Virus record (IMG/VR): IMGVR_UViG_3300023174_000067
Location: 70,634-134,633 of that record
Strand: one strand, 5' to 3'
From: a virus
Length of the DNA: 64,000 nucleotides
The notes below the pieces were generated by a model that was given only the letters and a program-made list of their open reading frames with translations, did not search any database and was not told the origin of the DNA. The translations under genes and the position numbers were made by a program. This document shows, piece by piece, positions 10,247-20,344 of the stretch (position 1 is its first letter; the number at the start of each line of letters is the position of its first letter).

Positions 10247-11065
10247 TTAGTTATATACTCTTATTTCTATTGGTGTGTTATTTAATATACCATCAGTAGT
10301 AATTTCGCTAACTGTTGTACATACTTCAATAAAGTCCACTTTTACTGTTGTTTTAATATTATTTGATGGACCAAATTCAAAAGAAGTATTAGGTATTGAA
10401 ACAAAAAGTTTTGATAAATCTAACTCCACATTAGTACCATTAACATTATAATTGGCATAATAAGTACCTATACCATCATAATACCAATTTAAAACAAAAT
10501 TTGTAGTATTTTCTAATACTGTTACTACTGGAGCTCCTGTGTTAAAATCTAAATCAGCATTATGACCAATACCATCACCCCAGCTATTAGGTGGTTCTGA
10601 TTTTGTTGCAACAAATACAGTTCCATTATTGTTATTTGGAGCACCGATATTACTAAAATCACCTGTGTTACCACCATGAATGGTATAAGTAGTACCTTTT
10701 GTTACTTGAAGAAGTGTGCCTTCTCCTACATTCTGTGTATTACTTCCCCCACTTTGTGTTAATAAAGCAGTATACACCTTATATTTAGGTTCATATGCGG
10801 TTGTTTGTACCGTATCATCAGGGAATGTCATACCTGTTGGAGAAAAACTCCACGCAGTTCCAACTCCATCAGAAAAGTTAATATTAACATCTGTTTCATT
10901 AGCCACTACAGCACTTCCTGGAGCAGTTGGCCCACTACTTATAGAAGTGGATATTGGTAAATTTGAATACGTAGTTGCGGAAATCGTATCTGAAATAATT
11001 GTTGTTGAATTTATTTCAGATATTGTTTGTCCTGATACGTTATTTACAATGTATTTTGTTGCCAT
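10247..11065 (-). CDS. Putative virion fibre/decoration protein
   Basis: T/S/G/N-rich; contains KVYTALLTQSG...APVVTVLENT...IEIRVYN; TATTTAT upstream at 11081-11087. Confidence 0.5.
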   Translation of the reverse strand: MATKYIVNNVSGQTISEINSTTIISDTISATTYSNLPISTSISSGPTAPGSAVVANETDVNINFSDGVGTAWSFSPTGMTFPDDTVQTTAYEPKYKVYTALLTQSGGSNTQNVGEGTLLQVTKGTTYTIHGGNTGDFSNIGAPNNNNGTVFVATKSEPPNSWGDGIGHNADLDFNTGAPVVTVLENTTNFVLNWYYDGIGTYYANYNVNGTNVELDLSKLFVSIPNTSFEFGPSNNIKTTVKVDFIEVCTTVSEITTDGILNNTPIEIRVYN

Positions 11066-11089
11066 TTTTGTTTTTATTTAATAAATATT

Positions 11090-11725
11090 TTATTTTTGAA
11101 AGTATTTCTCAATTCTTTTACTTAATCTAACTCTTGGGTCATTTATTGTTCTACCAACATCTTCATATTTTAACACAAACCCAAAACTTAAAAAAACTCT
11201 TCTTGAATTAAATTCATTTGTCCAATGTTTATATAGAGATGCTTCAAACCCATATAAATCGGATTCTTGTATTTTAACCGACTCTTTATCCACATAAAAA
11301 TCATAATCTTCTGACAATACACTGATGTTACATTTATAATTAACATATCCATCTATTGATGCGTCATAATGGGGATTTATTTTTCCTCCTTTATTCATAT
11401 CAACAGCTTGAAGAAAAACATTATCTTTTGGAAAATTAAATTCTTCTGAGATTCTATCTATTATGTTAAAAATAAAAGAGGGCAAACCCTCTTTTGATAC
11501 ATCAGATATTGATTGGAATTTTGTAATATAATTTGTTAAAGGTGTATTTGAAATATCAAACATACAAGATTTACCCTTTAATACTTTGGATAATTCTGTG
11601 AGATGGTAATTACTATCATCACCCGTATGATTAACAGAATCTAACCAATTTATTATTTGGTTTGCCTCATCTTGTGTGATGAAATTTTTTTTTATCTTAC
11701 AAGTTTCCAAATCCGTATTTACCAA
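11090..11725 (-). CDS. 2OG-Fe(II) oxygenase superfamily protein
   Basis: KNFITQDEA start, HYD facial-triad motif, distal H (KHW) and R (RVFLSF). Confidence 0.75.
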   Translation of the reverse strand: MVNTDLETCKIKKNFITQDEANQIINWLDSVNHTGDDSNYHLTELSKVLKGKSCMFDISNTPLTNYITKFQSISDVSKEGLPSFIFNIIDRISEEFNFPKDNVFLQAVDMNKGGKINPHYDASIDGYVNYKCNISVLSEDYDFYVDKESVKIQESDLYGFEASLYKHWTNEFNSRRVFLSFGFVLKYEDVGRTINDPRVRLSKRIEKYFQK

Positions 11726-11963
11726 TTTTCTTTAGATTATGTTTTGTTAAAAATTCACTTGGGTTCATAGCTTCAATTATTGTTAATTCGGCAGAATCCA
11801 TAAGTTGTTTAGCCTTTTCTTCGGTTACTGCCATCACACATAATTTATGCGTCGCAGGTAATTCTCCAGTTGGTGATAAATCTATTTTTAATATATTATC
11901 ATTTTTCATTTTTTCTCTTGCTCGAAGAACTTTAGATTCTTCACATAATATACAAATTCTCAT
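11697..11963 (-). CDS. Hypothetical protein
   Basis: 88 aa ORF in the operon. Confidence 0.55.
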   Translation of the reverse strand: MRICILCEESKVLRAREKMKNDNILKIDLSPTGELPATHKLCVMAVTEEKAKQLMDSAELTIIEAMNPSEFLTKHNLKKIGKYGFGNL

Positions 11964-11981
11964 AATTGTTATTTTTTAATT

Positions 11982-13058
11982 TTAATCGATTGGTAAACCC
12001 GATAAATAATCGCCAGTTATATCATACCATTGGTCATTCCATACATATTTCATAACTTTATCAACAACAACATAAGACTCATATTGTGTTGTACCCGTAC
12101 TAACATCGCTATTAATAAAAATACCACTTAAAAAATATACATCATTTTCTGTATTTGCGGTTGTTGCAGCTGGTAAATTTGCAATAATATAATCATACGC
12201 AGAATCCCTAATAGTTTCTGTGGCAAATATCATTTGTTTATTATAGATTTCTTCAGAAGTACCTGTAAAACCTGTTAAGGTTGATTTATACGGCCATAAA
12301 ATATCAGTTAATTTCCAAAAAGAATAATTTTCATTATCAAATGGTGGATTACTTTGACTCGGCGCTTCAGTTAATACATTCGCAACTTGGTTAATCGCAC
12401 CCCATACTGCACCACAAGTATTATCTGTTGTGCTATCAGATTTACCTCTTCTTAACATTCTACCTGAACGACCATCTTCAGTAACACCAATGTGTGGCAT
12501 ACTTGTCACAAATAAAGTTCCACCAAGTGTTGTTGCTACGTGACTTGCAAAAGCTCCAAAACCAACACTACCAACAAATGGATATCCTGCTAAACCACCC
12601 GATTGAAATGGTCCTAAAAATGAATTAATACTATTTGGCCAACCACCAATATTTGCTTGTACTTTTGGTGCATCAACATCATCAGAACAAATACCTTGAG
12701 CATAAACAATATCCGTTGATGGTATACCTTCATTTGTAATATACTCCGTTGTATATGTTCCCCACACTTCAGATAATACCGCACCTGAGAATGGTTGAGC
12801 ACCTCCGTCAACGGTAATATTTCTTACAGTTTCAGTATATGCAGTTTGTCCTGTTAATGGCGTTGGGACGGTTATTTCATATGTTTTATCATATTCCACG
12901 ACAGTTAATTCATAAGTACCGTATGGATAATCACTAATATTGTTAAATGGTATTGTTTGTACCCCTAAATCAATTGTACCTCCTGTTGAGGGTGAAAAAG
13001 TCACATCGGCAGTTTTACCCGATAAATTTGTGCTTGTTATTCTAATTCCTTGTATCAT
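11982..13058 (-). CDS. LCIB/LCIC-type beta-carbonic anhydrase-like protein with an extra N-terminal domain
   Basis: CSDD, F.SGGLAGYPF.G..GFGAFASHV, PHIG, R.G and CGA motifs match the LCIB_C_CA pattern (Cys/His/Cys Zn ligands). Confidence 0.78.
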   Translation of the reverse strand: MIQGIRITSTNLSGKTADVTFSPSTGGTIDLGVQTIPFNNISDYPYGTYELTVVEYDKTYEITVPTPLTGQTAYTETVRNITVDGGAQPFSGAVLSEVWGTYTTEYITNEGIPSTDIVYAQGICSDDVDAPKVQANIGGWPNSINSFLGPFQSGGLAGYPFVGSVGFGAFASHVATTLGGTLFVTSMPHIGVTEDGRSGRMLRRGKSDSTTDNTCGAVWGAINQVANVLTEAPSQSNPPFDNENYSFWKLTDILWPYKSTLTGFTGTSEEIYNKQMIFATETIRDSAYDYIIANLPAATTANTENDVYFLSGIFINSDVSTGTTQYESYVVVDKVMKYVWNDQWYDITGDYLSGLPID

Positions 13059-13083
13059 TTTTTTTGTTTTTATTTTTTATTTA

Positions 13084-15231
13084 TTATAATACTAATCCAA
13101 AATTTAAATCATTTTCTGGTATCTCTAACGCATTTAAGAAAAAACAAGGTGATTCGGTTAATGTTTCTATTGTTAGAACATCAGATTCATCATAATATGA
13201 TAATCTATTATCACCATTTTTATTTTTGAATACATTAACTGTTGTGATATCATATAACATGCCCGTACTTAAACAAACACCACTAACCGCTGTATTAACA
13301 ATGTTCCATTGAAAATAATTATCAATTGTGTTATCTATAAAATTATCAGGGATGGAGTTGTTATAGAAATATTCACCAATAGTATTGTTATAAAAATTAT
13401 TACCTATGATATTACCTTGTGGTGATGAACCGCCGTAACCAAAATTTTCACCTATTATATTGTTACTAAAATTAAAACCGATATTGTTAGAGGAAAAATT
13501 TTCACCAATAGTATTGTTATTAAACCCTGCCGTACATAAGTTACTAAACACACCGCCCAAAAAGTCATTATCAAAGGTATATGAACCAAATTTATTATTA
13601 TATGTCCCTCCTGAAAATTGATTACCACCTATAAAAGAACCAATATCATTTAATTCAAATTCACCCAACATTAAATTTCCTTTAAATTCATTACCGATTG
13701 TGTTATCACGAAAAGAATTTAAAATGGTGTTATTTTCAAAAATATTATTAATTATGTTTCCCCTAAAATTATATGTCCCAATAGTTAAATTAGTTCCAAT
13801 AGTATTATTATAAAAATTGAATCCAATATTATTTTCGTAGAAATATGAATATATTGTATTACCATTATACCCATTCCCAATTAAATTACGATAAAATTCG
13901 GAATAACTTTCATTGTAATTATATCCATTACCAATATCATTATTATAGAAGTCATCATAAATTTTATTGTTATTAAACTGATTTCCTATTTCATTATTTT
14001 GAAAATTACCAGAATTCCAAACATTATCCCTAAAGTCATTTCCAATATTGTTTCTGTAAAAAGACCCCCCAATTAAAATGTTATTGTAAAAATCACTACC
14101 AATTCTATTATTGTTGAAATTGGCCGTGATATAATTGTTATTAAAATAATCCCCAATTATATTCCCGTCAAAATCATCATTTGTTGAGTTGTTATAAAAA
14201 CTATCACCTATTTGATTACTATCACAATCATCATTAAATGTATTATTATAAGAACCGTTACCGATGGTGTTATTTATATATTCGCCAGATATAAACACAT
14301 TATTTGCCAATAAAAAATCACCAACACCCCAATTCAAATATAAATTGGCTTGGTTCCCAACATAGTTATTTATTGCAGTTTCATTATCAATAGCATCACC
14401 AAATGTTGTGTATTCATAAACTTGGTTTCTTATGTTAGGTTGATAATAACTCATAATACCATCGTCAGATGCAGAATAATAAAGCGAATCAGTAGTTACA
14501 CTTAATGTTTCACCTGATATAATCATTAAAGAATCACTCACAACAGATATCACATCAAAAAATGAAGGATTTGAATTTTGTACTGAAACAACTGACCCGA
14601 TTGAAAAATCTGAGGTAAATGTTGTTCCTGTGTTACCGTATAATACTCCTGTACTACCTGTTAAACCACTTATCCCAACAAGACCACTTAATGGGTTATT
14701 TTCGTAATATGAATAACCACGATATCTTTTAAATAAAATAGTTCTGTGGTCATAGTCCGTCCTGTTATTTAAATTATCAATTCTTTCAGTAATTCTACCA
14801 AATGCAGGTCCTTGTGTTTTTTCAGTCGTACTAAATGTCCAATCATATTTTATTTTATCAAAAGGAAATTCAGGTTGGAATGCATCTATAGATATTGTAT
14901 TTGCAGATGTTGCAAAAACAACAATAGGAGATACAGTATCGGCACTTTTATATATTTCAATATTAATTGAATTTTTTTGATTATCATAATCTGGTTGGTC
15001 ATAACAAGTTCTAAAATCTGTTATGATATAATACGCACCTACATTTAATGTTTCGCCAGTTATATTGTCTACAAGTTCTGAATATGTTGTCTCTATAACT
15101 CCACCACCATTTCCTGTAATGGATGAAAAGTCAATATGATATGAAGCACCGTTTAATTCTACTGGTATTAAAGTATCTGGTGTTGGTACTTCCAGATAAG
15201 TTAATTGTCCTATGGTTTTTCCTGTTAACAT
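13084..15231 (-). CDS. Tail fibre/spike-like protein with Asn-rich beta-helix repeats
   Basis: Many N-x-I-G-N-x-F-x-N repeats; KTIGQLT N-terminus; TATTTAT at 15250-15256. Confidence 0.65.
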   Translation of the reverse strand: MLTGKTIGQLTYLEVPTPDTLIPVELNGASYHIDFSSITGNGGGVIETTYSELVDNITGETLNVGAYYIITDFRTCYDQPDYDNQKNSINIEIYKSADTVSPIVVFATSANTISIDAFQPEFPFDKIKYDWTFSTTEKTQGPAFGRITERIDNLNNRTDYDHRTILFKRYRGYSYYENNPLSGLVGISGLTGSTGVLYGNTGTTFTSDFSIGSVVSVQNSNPSFFDVISVVSDSLMIISGETLSVTTDSLYYSASDDGIMSYYQPNIRNQVYEYTTFGDAIDNETAINNYVGNQANLYLNWGVGDFLLANNVFISGEYINNTIGNGSYNNTFNDDCDSNQIGDSFYNNSTNDDFDGNIIGDYFNNNYITANFNNNRIGSDFYNNILIGGSFYRNNIGNDFRDNVWNSGNFQNNEIGNQFNNNKIYDDFYNNDIGNGYNYNESYSEFYRNLIGNGYNGNTIYSYFYENNIGFNFYNNTIGTNLTIGTYNFRGNIINNIFENNTILNSFRDNTIGNEFKGNLMLGEFELNDIGSFIGGNQFSGGTYNNKFGSYTFDNDFLGGVFSNLCTAGFNNNTIGENFSSNNIGFNFSNNIIGENFGYGGSSPQGNIIGNNFYNNTIGEYFYNNSIPDNFIDNTIDNYFQWNIVNTAVSGVCLSTGMLYDITTVNVFKNKNGDNRLSYYDESDVLTIETLTESPCFFLNALEIPENDLNFGLVL

Positions 15232-15285
15232 CGTTTTTCTATTTTATTTATAAATATCTTTTATTGTTTTATTATTTACTTTTCT

Positions 15286-16881
15286 TTAACAAGTACCTGA
15301 AAATGTTAATGGGAATTGACAATCAAATGCAAACCCACCACCAGCTCCCGTAAATACGTAGGTATACGTACCATCAGAGTTAACAACTCCTACAATACTT
15401 GTTCTACCAATATTATCAGTAATTACATCGTTTACTTGTATCTGTAAAGTTTCAGAAGTTTGAGTTAATTTTAATGTATTACTATTAATTGATGTTGCAC
15501 CATCCCATAATGTTGGTACAACAATTTGACGAACACAATTTGGAGTTAATGTTAGTGTTGGAGTTGGTGTAGGTGTAGGTGTTTGAGTTGGTGTAATAGT
15601 AGGTGTAGGTGTTGGTCCATAACAAGAGGTCACACAATCGGAATATCCTGGTTCTCCTGTTAAATCATATGTTCCTGATGTTGCGAGTTCATCTAAAATT
15701 TCAAATGAGTATCCTCTATTTTCAGGATTGTTATAAAAATATCCAATAGTTAAAGGGGTGTTATATGGAACAAAAGCGGTAAATGTACCAGCAAAATTAC
15801 AAGGATTTCCACAACTATAACCATTAACATTATAATAACGATAAGGTGGTAATGGAGATTCCGTTGGTGTTGTGGTTGGAGTTGAAGTTGGAGTTGAAGT
15901 TAAGGTTGGTGTCGGAGTTGAAGTTGGAGTTGAAGTTAAGGTTGGTGTTGGAGTTGAAGTTGATGTTAAAGTTGGTGTCGGAGTTGGTGTTGGGTCAACA
16001 AACGAAAGATAAAAATCATTATAAACATCGATATATTCATTAATATCTGTTTGTAATATTGCATCTAAAATAATTTGCTCTATTATTATATTGTCAGGAT
16101 TAGTAATACTTGGAGTTAATGTTACACCTGAAAAATTTACATAACCATTTAATGTATTAAAATCAACATCAGGCAAATAAACATGTGTTGTTCCTGATGT
16201 ATATCCACTATTAATTGTAACTCCTGTTGTTATAACAACGTCTCCATTCGATGTACCATATGTGTTTGTAAAACTTAAATTAACATCTTCGTTAACAACC
16301 CTATTACTATATAAATTATAGTCTATATTTAATGAACCTGGAGTTATTATTGTCTCTAAAGTTATTATTATAGGTTCAGGGGTTGTTGTTGGAGTTGGAG
16401 TAGGGGTTGACGTTAATGTAGGGGTTGGAGTAGGGGTTGGTAATTGTGGACATTCAGGACACTGTGGACAATCAGGACAAGGTGTTAAATAAGATTGGTC
16501 TGAACAACAATTTTCATCTGAGATTAAACTATCGTTAACATTAATATATAGTTTTTCTCTTATTGGGATTATTAAATCACCCTCGTCATTTTTTAATAAA
16601 AATTGACCTTCATATCTGCCTGTTTTTTGTGTATCTTTTTTTGAAAATTTATAAAAAATATAATATTCTGTAGGAGTATTTGGGTCATCAAATACTTTAG
16701 AAACAAATCCTGCGGCTTTAGATGTTATTTTTGGAATTCCAGTTTCTACATTAACCATTGAAAAGAAGATTCCCGACTTTTCAATTAAATTCATAAAACT
16801 ATGATAGTCACTCCTTCCGTCCTTAACAACTTGCATCTTAAGCACAGGTAAGGTTGCGTTTTTATTTATAAAAAATTCCAT
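15286..16881 (-). CDS. Virion protein with BppU-like N-terminal domain and Pro/Thr mucin-like repeats
   Basis: MEFFINKNATLPVLKM...Y.F...DT...GRYEGQF baseplate-anchor pattern; three (TP)n tracts; Cys-rich modules. Confidence 0.6.
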   Translation of the reverse strand: MEFFINKNATLPVLKMQVVKDGRSDYHSFMNLIEKSGIFFSMVNVETGIPKITSKAAGFVSKVFDDPNTPTEYYIFYKFSKKDTQKTGRYEGQFLLKNDEGDLIIPIREKLYINVNDSLISDENCCSDQSYLTPCPDCPQCPECPQLPTPTPTPTLTSTPTPTPTTTPEPIIITLETIITPGSLNIDYNLYSNRVVNEDVNLSFTNTYGTSNGDVVITTGVTINSGYTSGTTHVYLPDVDFNTLNGYVNFSGVTLTPSITNPDNIIIEQIILDAILQTDINEYIDVYNDFYLSFVDPTPTPTPTLTSTSTPTPTLTSTPTSTPTPTLTSTPTSTPTTTPTESPLPPYRYYNVNGYSCGNPCNFAGTFTAFVPYNTPLTIGYFYNNPENRGYSFEILDELATSGTYDLTGEPGYSDCVTSCYGPTPTPTITPTQTPTPTPTPTLTLTPNCVRQIVVPTLWDGATSINSNTLKLTQTSETLQIQVNDVITDNIGRTSIVGVVNSDGTYTYVFTGAGGGFAFDCQFPLTFSGTC

Positions 16882-16907
16882 TTACTTTTTTATAATAAAT
16901 ACCACGA

Positions 16908-18590
16908 TTACGACTCTTTTCTTAAATTACCATCATAAAATTCAAAACGATTATGTTCTGTTGGGGTTAACAATAATAATCCAGGATTCAATTCTCCTTT
17001 TCGAGTGTTTTGGAACATATAAGACATCCAAGTTTGTTCAAACGGTTTATCCCATTTTTCCGTTAAAAACATTTTTTTGTTACCACTTTTACTAACTACC
17101 TGAGGCCAATTAGAATAATATACATCACCATCTATATAACCCAAACCATTATGTATTTTAATATTTTTAAAAATTGTTTTTGGAGAATCGGGGTCCGTTC
17201 CCTTTAAGGGTAAATTAGTTTTTTCAGGAAAATGAGAATTCCTAACATGTTGAGGGACGTTATACCAAGACCATTGAGTACTATTATCACCAAAAAATTC
17301 GGTAAAAGACAACTTTAAAAAATCAAATTTTTCTTTACCAATAATTGATAATGATTTTTGATATAAATTAGAAACATATCTGTTAAATCCATTTTTACAA
17401 ACCTCACCTTTTTTTGGATAAAAAAACATATCGTCCTCAAAAAAGAAATAAAAATCAAACTCATTTTCATTCGCATGTTCCGATATAAATTGTCTACCTC
17501 CACAAATACCAAGATTATCTTTTTTAATGTGAGTAAACCCATGTTTTTCACATAGTTCCAAATATTTTTCTGTTGTTGATAAATCAGAAGAATTATCTAA
17601 CAAAAACTTTTTTGGTTTATTAATAAAGTCTGAATCATATTCTAACATTGATTTAATTAATGTTTCAAACTGATTTGGACTATTAAATGTTATAACATAT
17701 AGTGCGGTATTTTCAGGATTTAAAAAAGAATCATCGTTTTTTATTTTTTCAGTTTCATAGTTCTTTAATTCTTCAAAAAATGGCCAAACTAATCCATTAC
17801 CACTAATATCAAACTTATGTATTAAATTAGGATGTCTGTGAGTTAATATAGTAAAAAGACATTCATCCGCACCCATATACCCATCCCTCAATGTTGTCTC
17901 CATTACTGAATAATATAAATTATTCAACTCATGTACTTTATTTTTTGAACCACCAAAAAATCCTCCTCTACAAACGTAATTGACAAAATCGGTATTACAA
18001 TAACGAGACATTGCGGTTCTTTCAAACCCATGAATTTCATCATTTGCATCATATGGATATGCTAAATGAATAAACTTACCTTCATTTTTAATTACAAAAT
18101 TATTTAAATTATCTAAGACTAAATCTTTTTGAAAATATCCTTTATTTACAGTATTTGTTAACCCACCGTCAATCCAAAAGAAATATTCAGAATTAAATGG
18201 ATTTACAATTGCAGAATCATTTAACATAAACATTTTGGTAAACATCATCGGATTATAATATTTTAGTGATGCTTGAGGGGATTCTTTTAACCAATCCGCA
18301 AATGAATACCATTTTTCATCAGTTCTGATTTCTTGAATTCTATCAAAAAAAGGATTCCATGTTTCAAAATCGGTAACTTCTTTTATAAAAATTTTTGTCG
18401 GTTTATTTTCTCTAATTCTTATAACATCTTCTTCCAATTCTTTTGGTATCCAAACACACATTTGAGCATCGGTTTCTAACATTTCAAAAAACCGTTCTTT
18501 ATAATAATTAAAGTCTCTTTTAGCCCACCCATTTAGGTATCCTCTTCCCATGTCCCAAAGACCAGTTACGATTGTAATATTTTTATTCAT
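16908..18590 (-). CDS. Two-domain glycosyltransferase (HtrL/YibB-like plus GT-A)
   Basis: ITIVTGLWDMGR, FFWIDGG, GGFFGG and ADE in the N-terminal half; LLDNS, NLGICGGR and FFEDD in the C-terminal half. Confidence 0.75.
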   Translation of the reverse strand: MNKNITIVTGLWDMGRGYLNGWAKRDFNYYKERFFEMLETDAQMCVWIPKELEEDVIRIRENKPTKIFIKEVTDFETWNPFFDRIQEIRTDEKWYSFADWLKESPQASLKYYNPMMFTKMFMLNDSAIVNPFNSEYFFWIDGGLTNTVNKGYFQKDLVLDNLNNFVIKNEGKFIHLAYPYDANDEIHGFERTAMSRYCNTDFVNYVCRGGFFGGSKNKVHELNNLYYSVMETTLRDGYMGADECLFTILTHRHPNLIHKFDISGNGLVWPFFEELKNYETEKIKNDDSFLNPENTALYVITFNSPNQFETLIKSMLEYDSDFINKPKKFLLDNSSDLSTTEKYLELCEKHGFTHIKKDNLGICGGRQFISEHANENEFDFYFFFEDDMFFYPKKGEVCKNGFNRYVSNLYQKSLSIIGKEKFDFLKLSFTEFFGDNSTQWSWYNVPQHVRNSHFPEKTNLPLKGTDPDSPKTIFKNIKIHNGLGYIDGDVYYSNWPQVVSKSGNKKMFLTEKWDKPFEQTWMSYMFQNTRKGELNPGLLLLTPTEHNRFEFYDGNLRKES

Positions 18591-19368
18591 ATTTTTTTAC
18601 TAATTTCTTTAATAGATTAATATCTTTTTTTGTATTATGTAATATTTTTACATTATTTGTATTTAAATAATCCTCTTCATTTTTTGAAAAATCACCTAAA
18701 AAAGATTCAACACCATTTGTAAATGTTTCATTACTTGATAAAATTTTGTAGTTAACATTATTCTCATAAGCATATTTTGTAATAAACAACTCATCAGGAA
18801 ATTTACAATAAAATCCAAATTCAGGCATTACTGTATGTGGATATAATTTATCGTGATATTCTTGTGATAATTTATATAAATTCATAATATGATTATATCT
18901 ACCCCCAAAAAAATTACCCATAGTCCAAATTGCGCCTTCAGGATAATTAACATCAATAAAGTTTGTCATACTTGGGTATGTATCTTTAAATAATGCGTTA
19001 TAAAAATGTCTCATAAACACATATTCTGAGTCTAAAATATCTTTGTCCGTTATTTCACTAACAATTATTTGGTCAGCATCTGCAACAAATATATAATCAT
19101 ATTCTTCTACTAAATGTTTCAGACACAATACTTTCATAAAAAGTAAGTGTTGATACTCATTTGGATGGTGGTCCACAACAATATGTTTCACAAAATCTAA
19201 ATCATGTTTACGTTCATTATTAGTTATTAAAACAAAATGAACGTCATGATTAGGTAAGAAATTTTTCTTAGCCGATTTAAAAAAAGCTTCTGATGTATCA
19301 TAATAATCATTTATTAGTTGAAAATTTTTATCGGGAAAAAACAAAGAGTTAATTAATGCAATTTTCAT
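18583..19368 (-). CDS. GT6-like (ABO-family) glycosyltransferase
   Basis: FF.SAKKNFL...V.F..IT, YDYIF.ADAD (DxD), GNFFGG and DE motifs typical of GT6. Confidence 0.65.
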   Translation of the reverse strand: MKIALINSLFFPDKNFQLINDYYDTSEAFFKSAKKNFLPNHDVHFVLITNNERKHDLDFVKHIVVDHHPNEYQHLLFMKVLCLKHLVEEYDYIFVADADQIIVSEITDKDILDSEYVFMRHFYNALFKDTYPSMTNFIDVNYPEGAIWTMGNFFGGRYNHIMNLYKLSQEYHDKLYPHTVMPEFGFYCKFPDELFITKYAYENNVNYKILSSNETFTNGVESFLGDFSKNEEDYLNTNNVKILHNTKKDINLLKKLVKKYE

Positions 19369-19374
19369 TATATT

Positions 19375-20340
19375 TTAAAATTTAAAATTTATAGTATGTC
19401 CTTCGGTGATACCCAATTCAAGTGTTTTATTTTCATCATCAATAGGGTGAAGTGTAACAATTAAAGATTTTTTTTGTCCGTATATTGGGTCACCACCCAT
19501 GGTTTCATTATTAACATTAAATGATAAAGACAATCCATTTTTATCGTCTACTAACTTTCTTACAATATCGGTAACATCTGAAACTACGTTTAGTGGGGTT
19601 GTACTGTAACCCTCATCAATTTCGAAAGGGGGAGTTCCATAAACAGCATTTTTTACTATTATTTTTTTTCCCTTGTATATATCAAATTTACCTTTATAAA
19701 AATCAGGATGAAGATTAGTTAGGAAAGGATTAAATTCCATATGATAAAATTCGTAGTTTGTAGATTGTGGATTATCTCTATTTAACCAAGCTTCATAATC
19801 CCATCTACCCCAAATTCCTACATCAGAACATTTTTTAATGTGTTTAGATTGAGACCACCAAAAATTACCCCAATACCATCCACCATTACAACTAACACCA
19901 ACATTGTCATATTCATTAAGTTTCTCAACACATTCTCTCCAATTATCAATTAAAAAATATTCCATACATTCTCTCCAAGATGTCACATTTTCTATTTTTT
20001 TATGAGAAGGTTCTTTTGAGTTAAATGTTGTCCAATTATTACTAACACCTTTTGTGTGAAAATAAAATATCTTAGCATCATCATATTTTTCACCAATCTC
20101 TTTTACTTTTTTTATACCAGGATATTCCGCATGATTTTGTTCGTGAAATTCTAGTCTAATCTTAGAGTAATCATTTAAATAATTTTTAACCTCTTCTCTA
20201 TCAACATTTGATAAATTAATTGTTAACCATATCTCATCTGAATTATCATATAACCCAGAATTAACCATTCTATCTAACTGTTTTTTAATTAAGTCTTTCC
20301 ATTGACCTACTAAATATGCGTGATACACTACTACTATCAT
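19375..20340 (-). CDS. Putative glycosyltransferase with C-terminal lectin-like domain
   Basis: HTKGV...WRECMEYF...GNFWW core. The C-terminal AVYG...DVT...GGDP.YG.KKSL resembles SUEL/Gal-lectin or DUF3395. Confidence 0.55.
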   Translation of the reverse strand: MIVVVYHAYLVGQWKDLIKKQLDRMVNSGLYDNSDEIWLTINLSNVDREEVKNYLNDYSKIRLEFHEQNHAEYPGIKKVKEIGEKYDDAKIFYFHTKGVSNNWTTFNSKEPSHKKIENVTSWRECMEYFLIDNWRECVEKLNEYDNVGVSCNGGWYWGNFWWSQSKHIKKCSDVGIWGRWDYEAWLNRDNPQSTNYEFYHMEFNPFLTNLHPDFYKGKFDIYKGKKIIVKNAVYGTPPFEIDEGYSTTPLNVVSDVTDIVRKLVDDKNGLSLSFNVNNETMGGDPIYGQKKSLIVTLHPIDDENKTLELGITEGHTINFKF

Positions 20341-20344
20341 AATA

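Noticed and set aside
13290-14330. Asn-rich repeats as a diversity-generating retroelement target
   Set aside because: No reverse transcriptase or template/variable repeat pair is seen in the window; the repeats are ordinary beta-helix coils.
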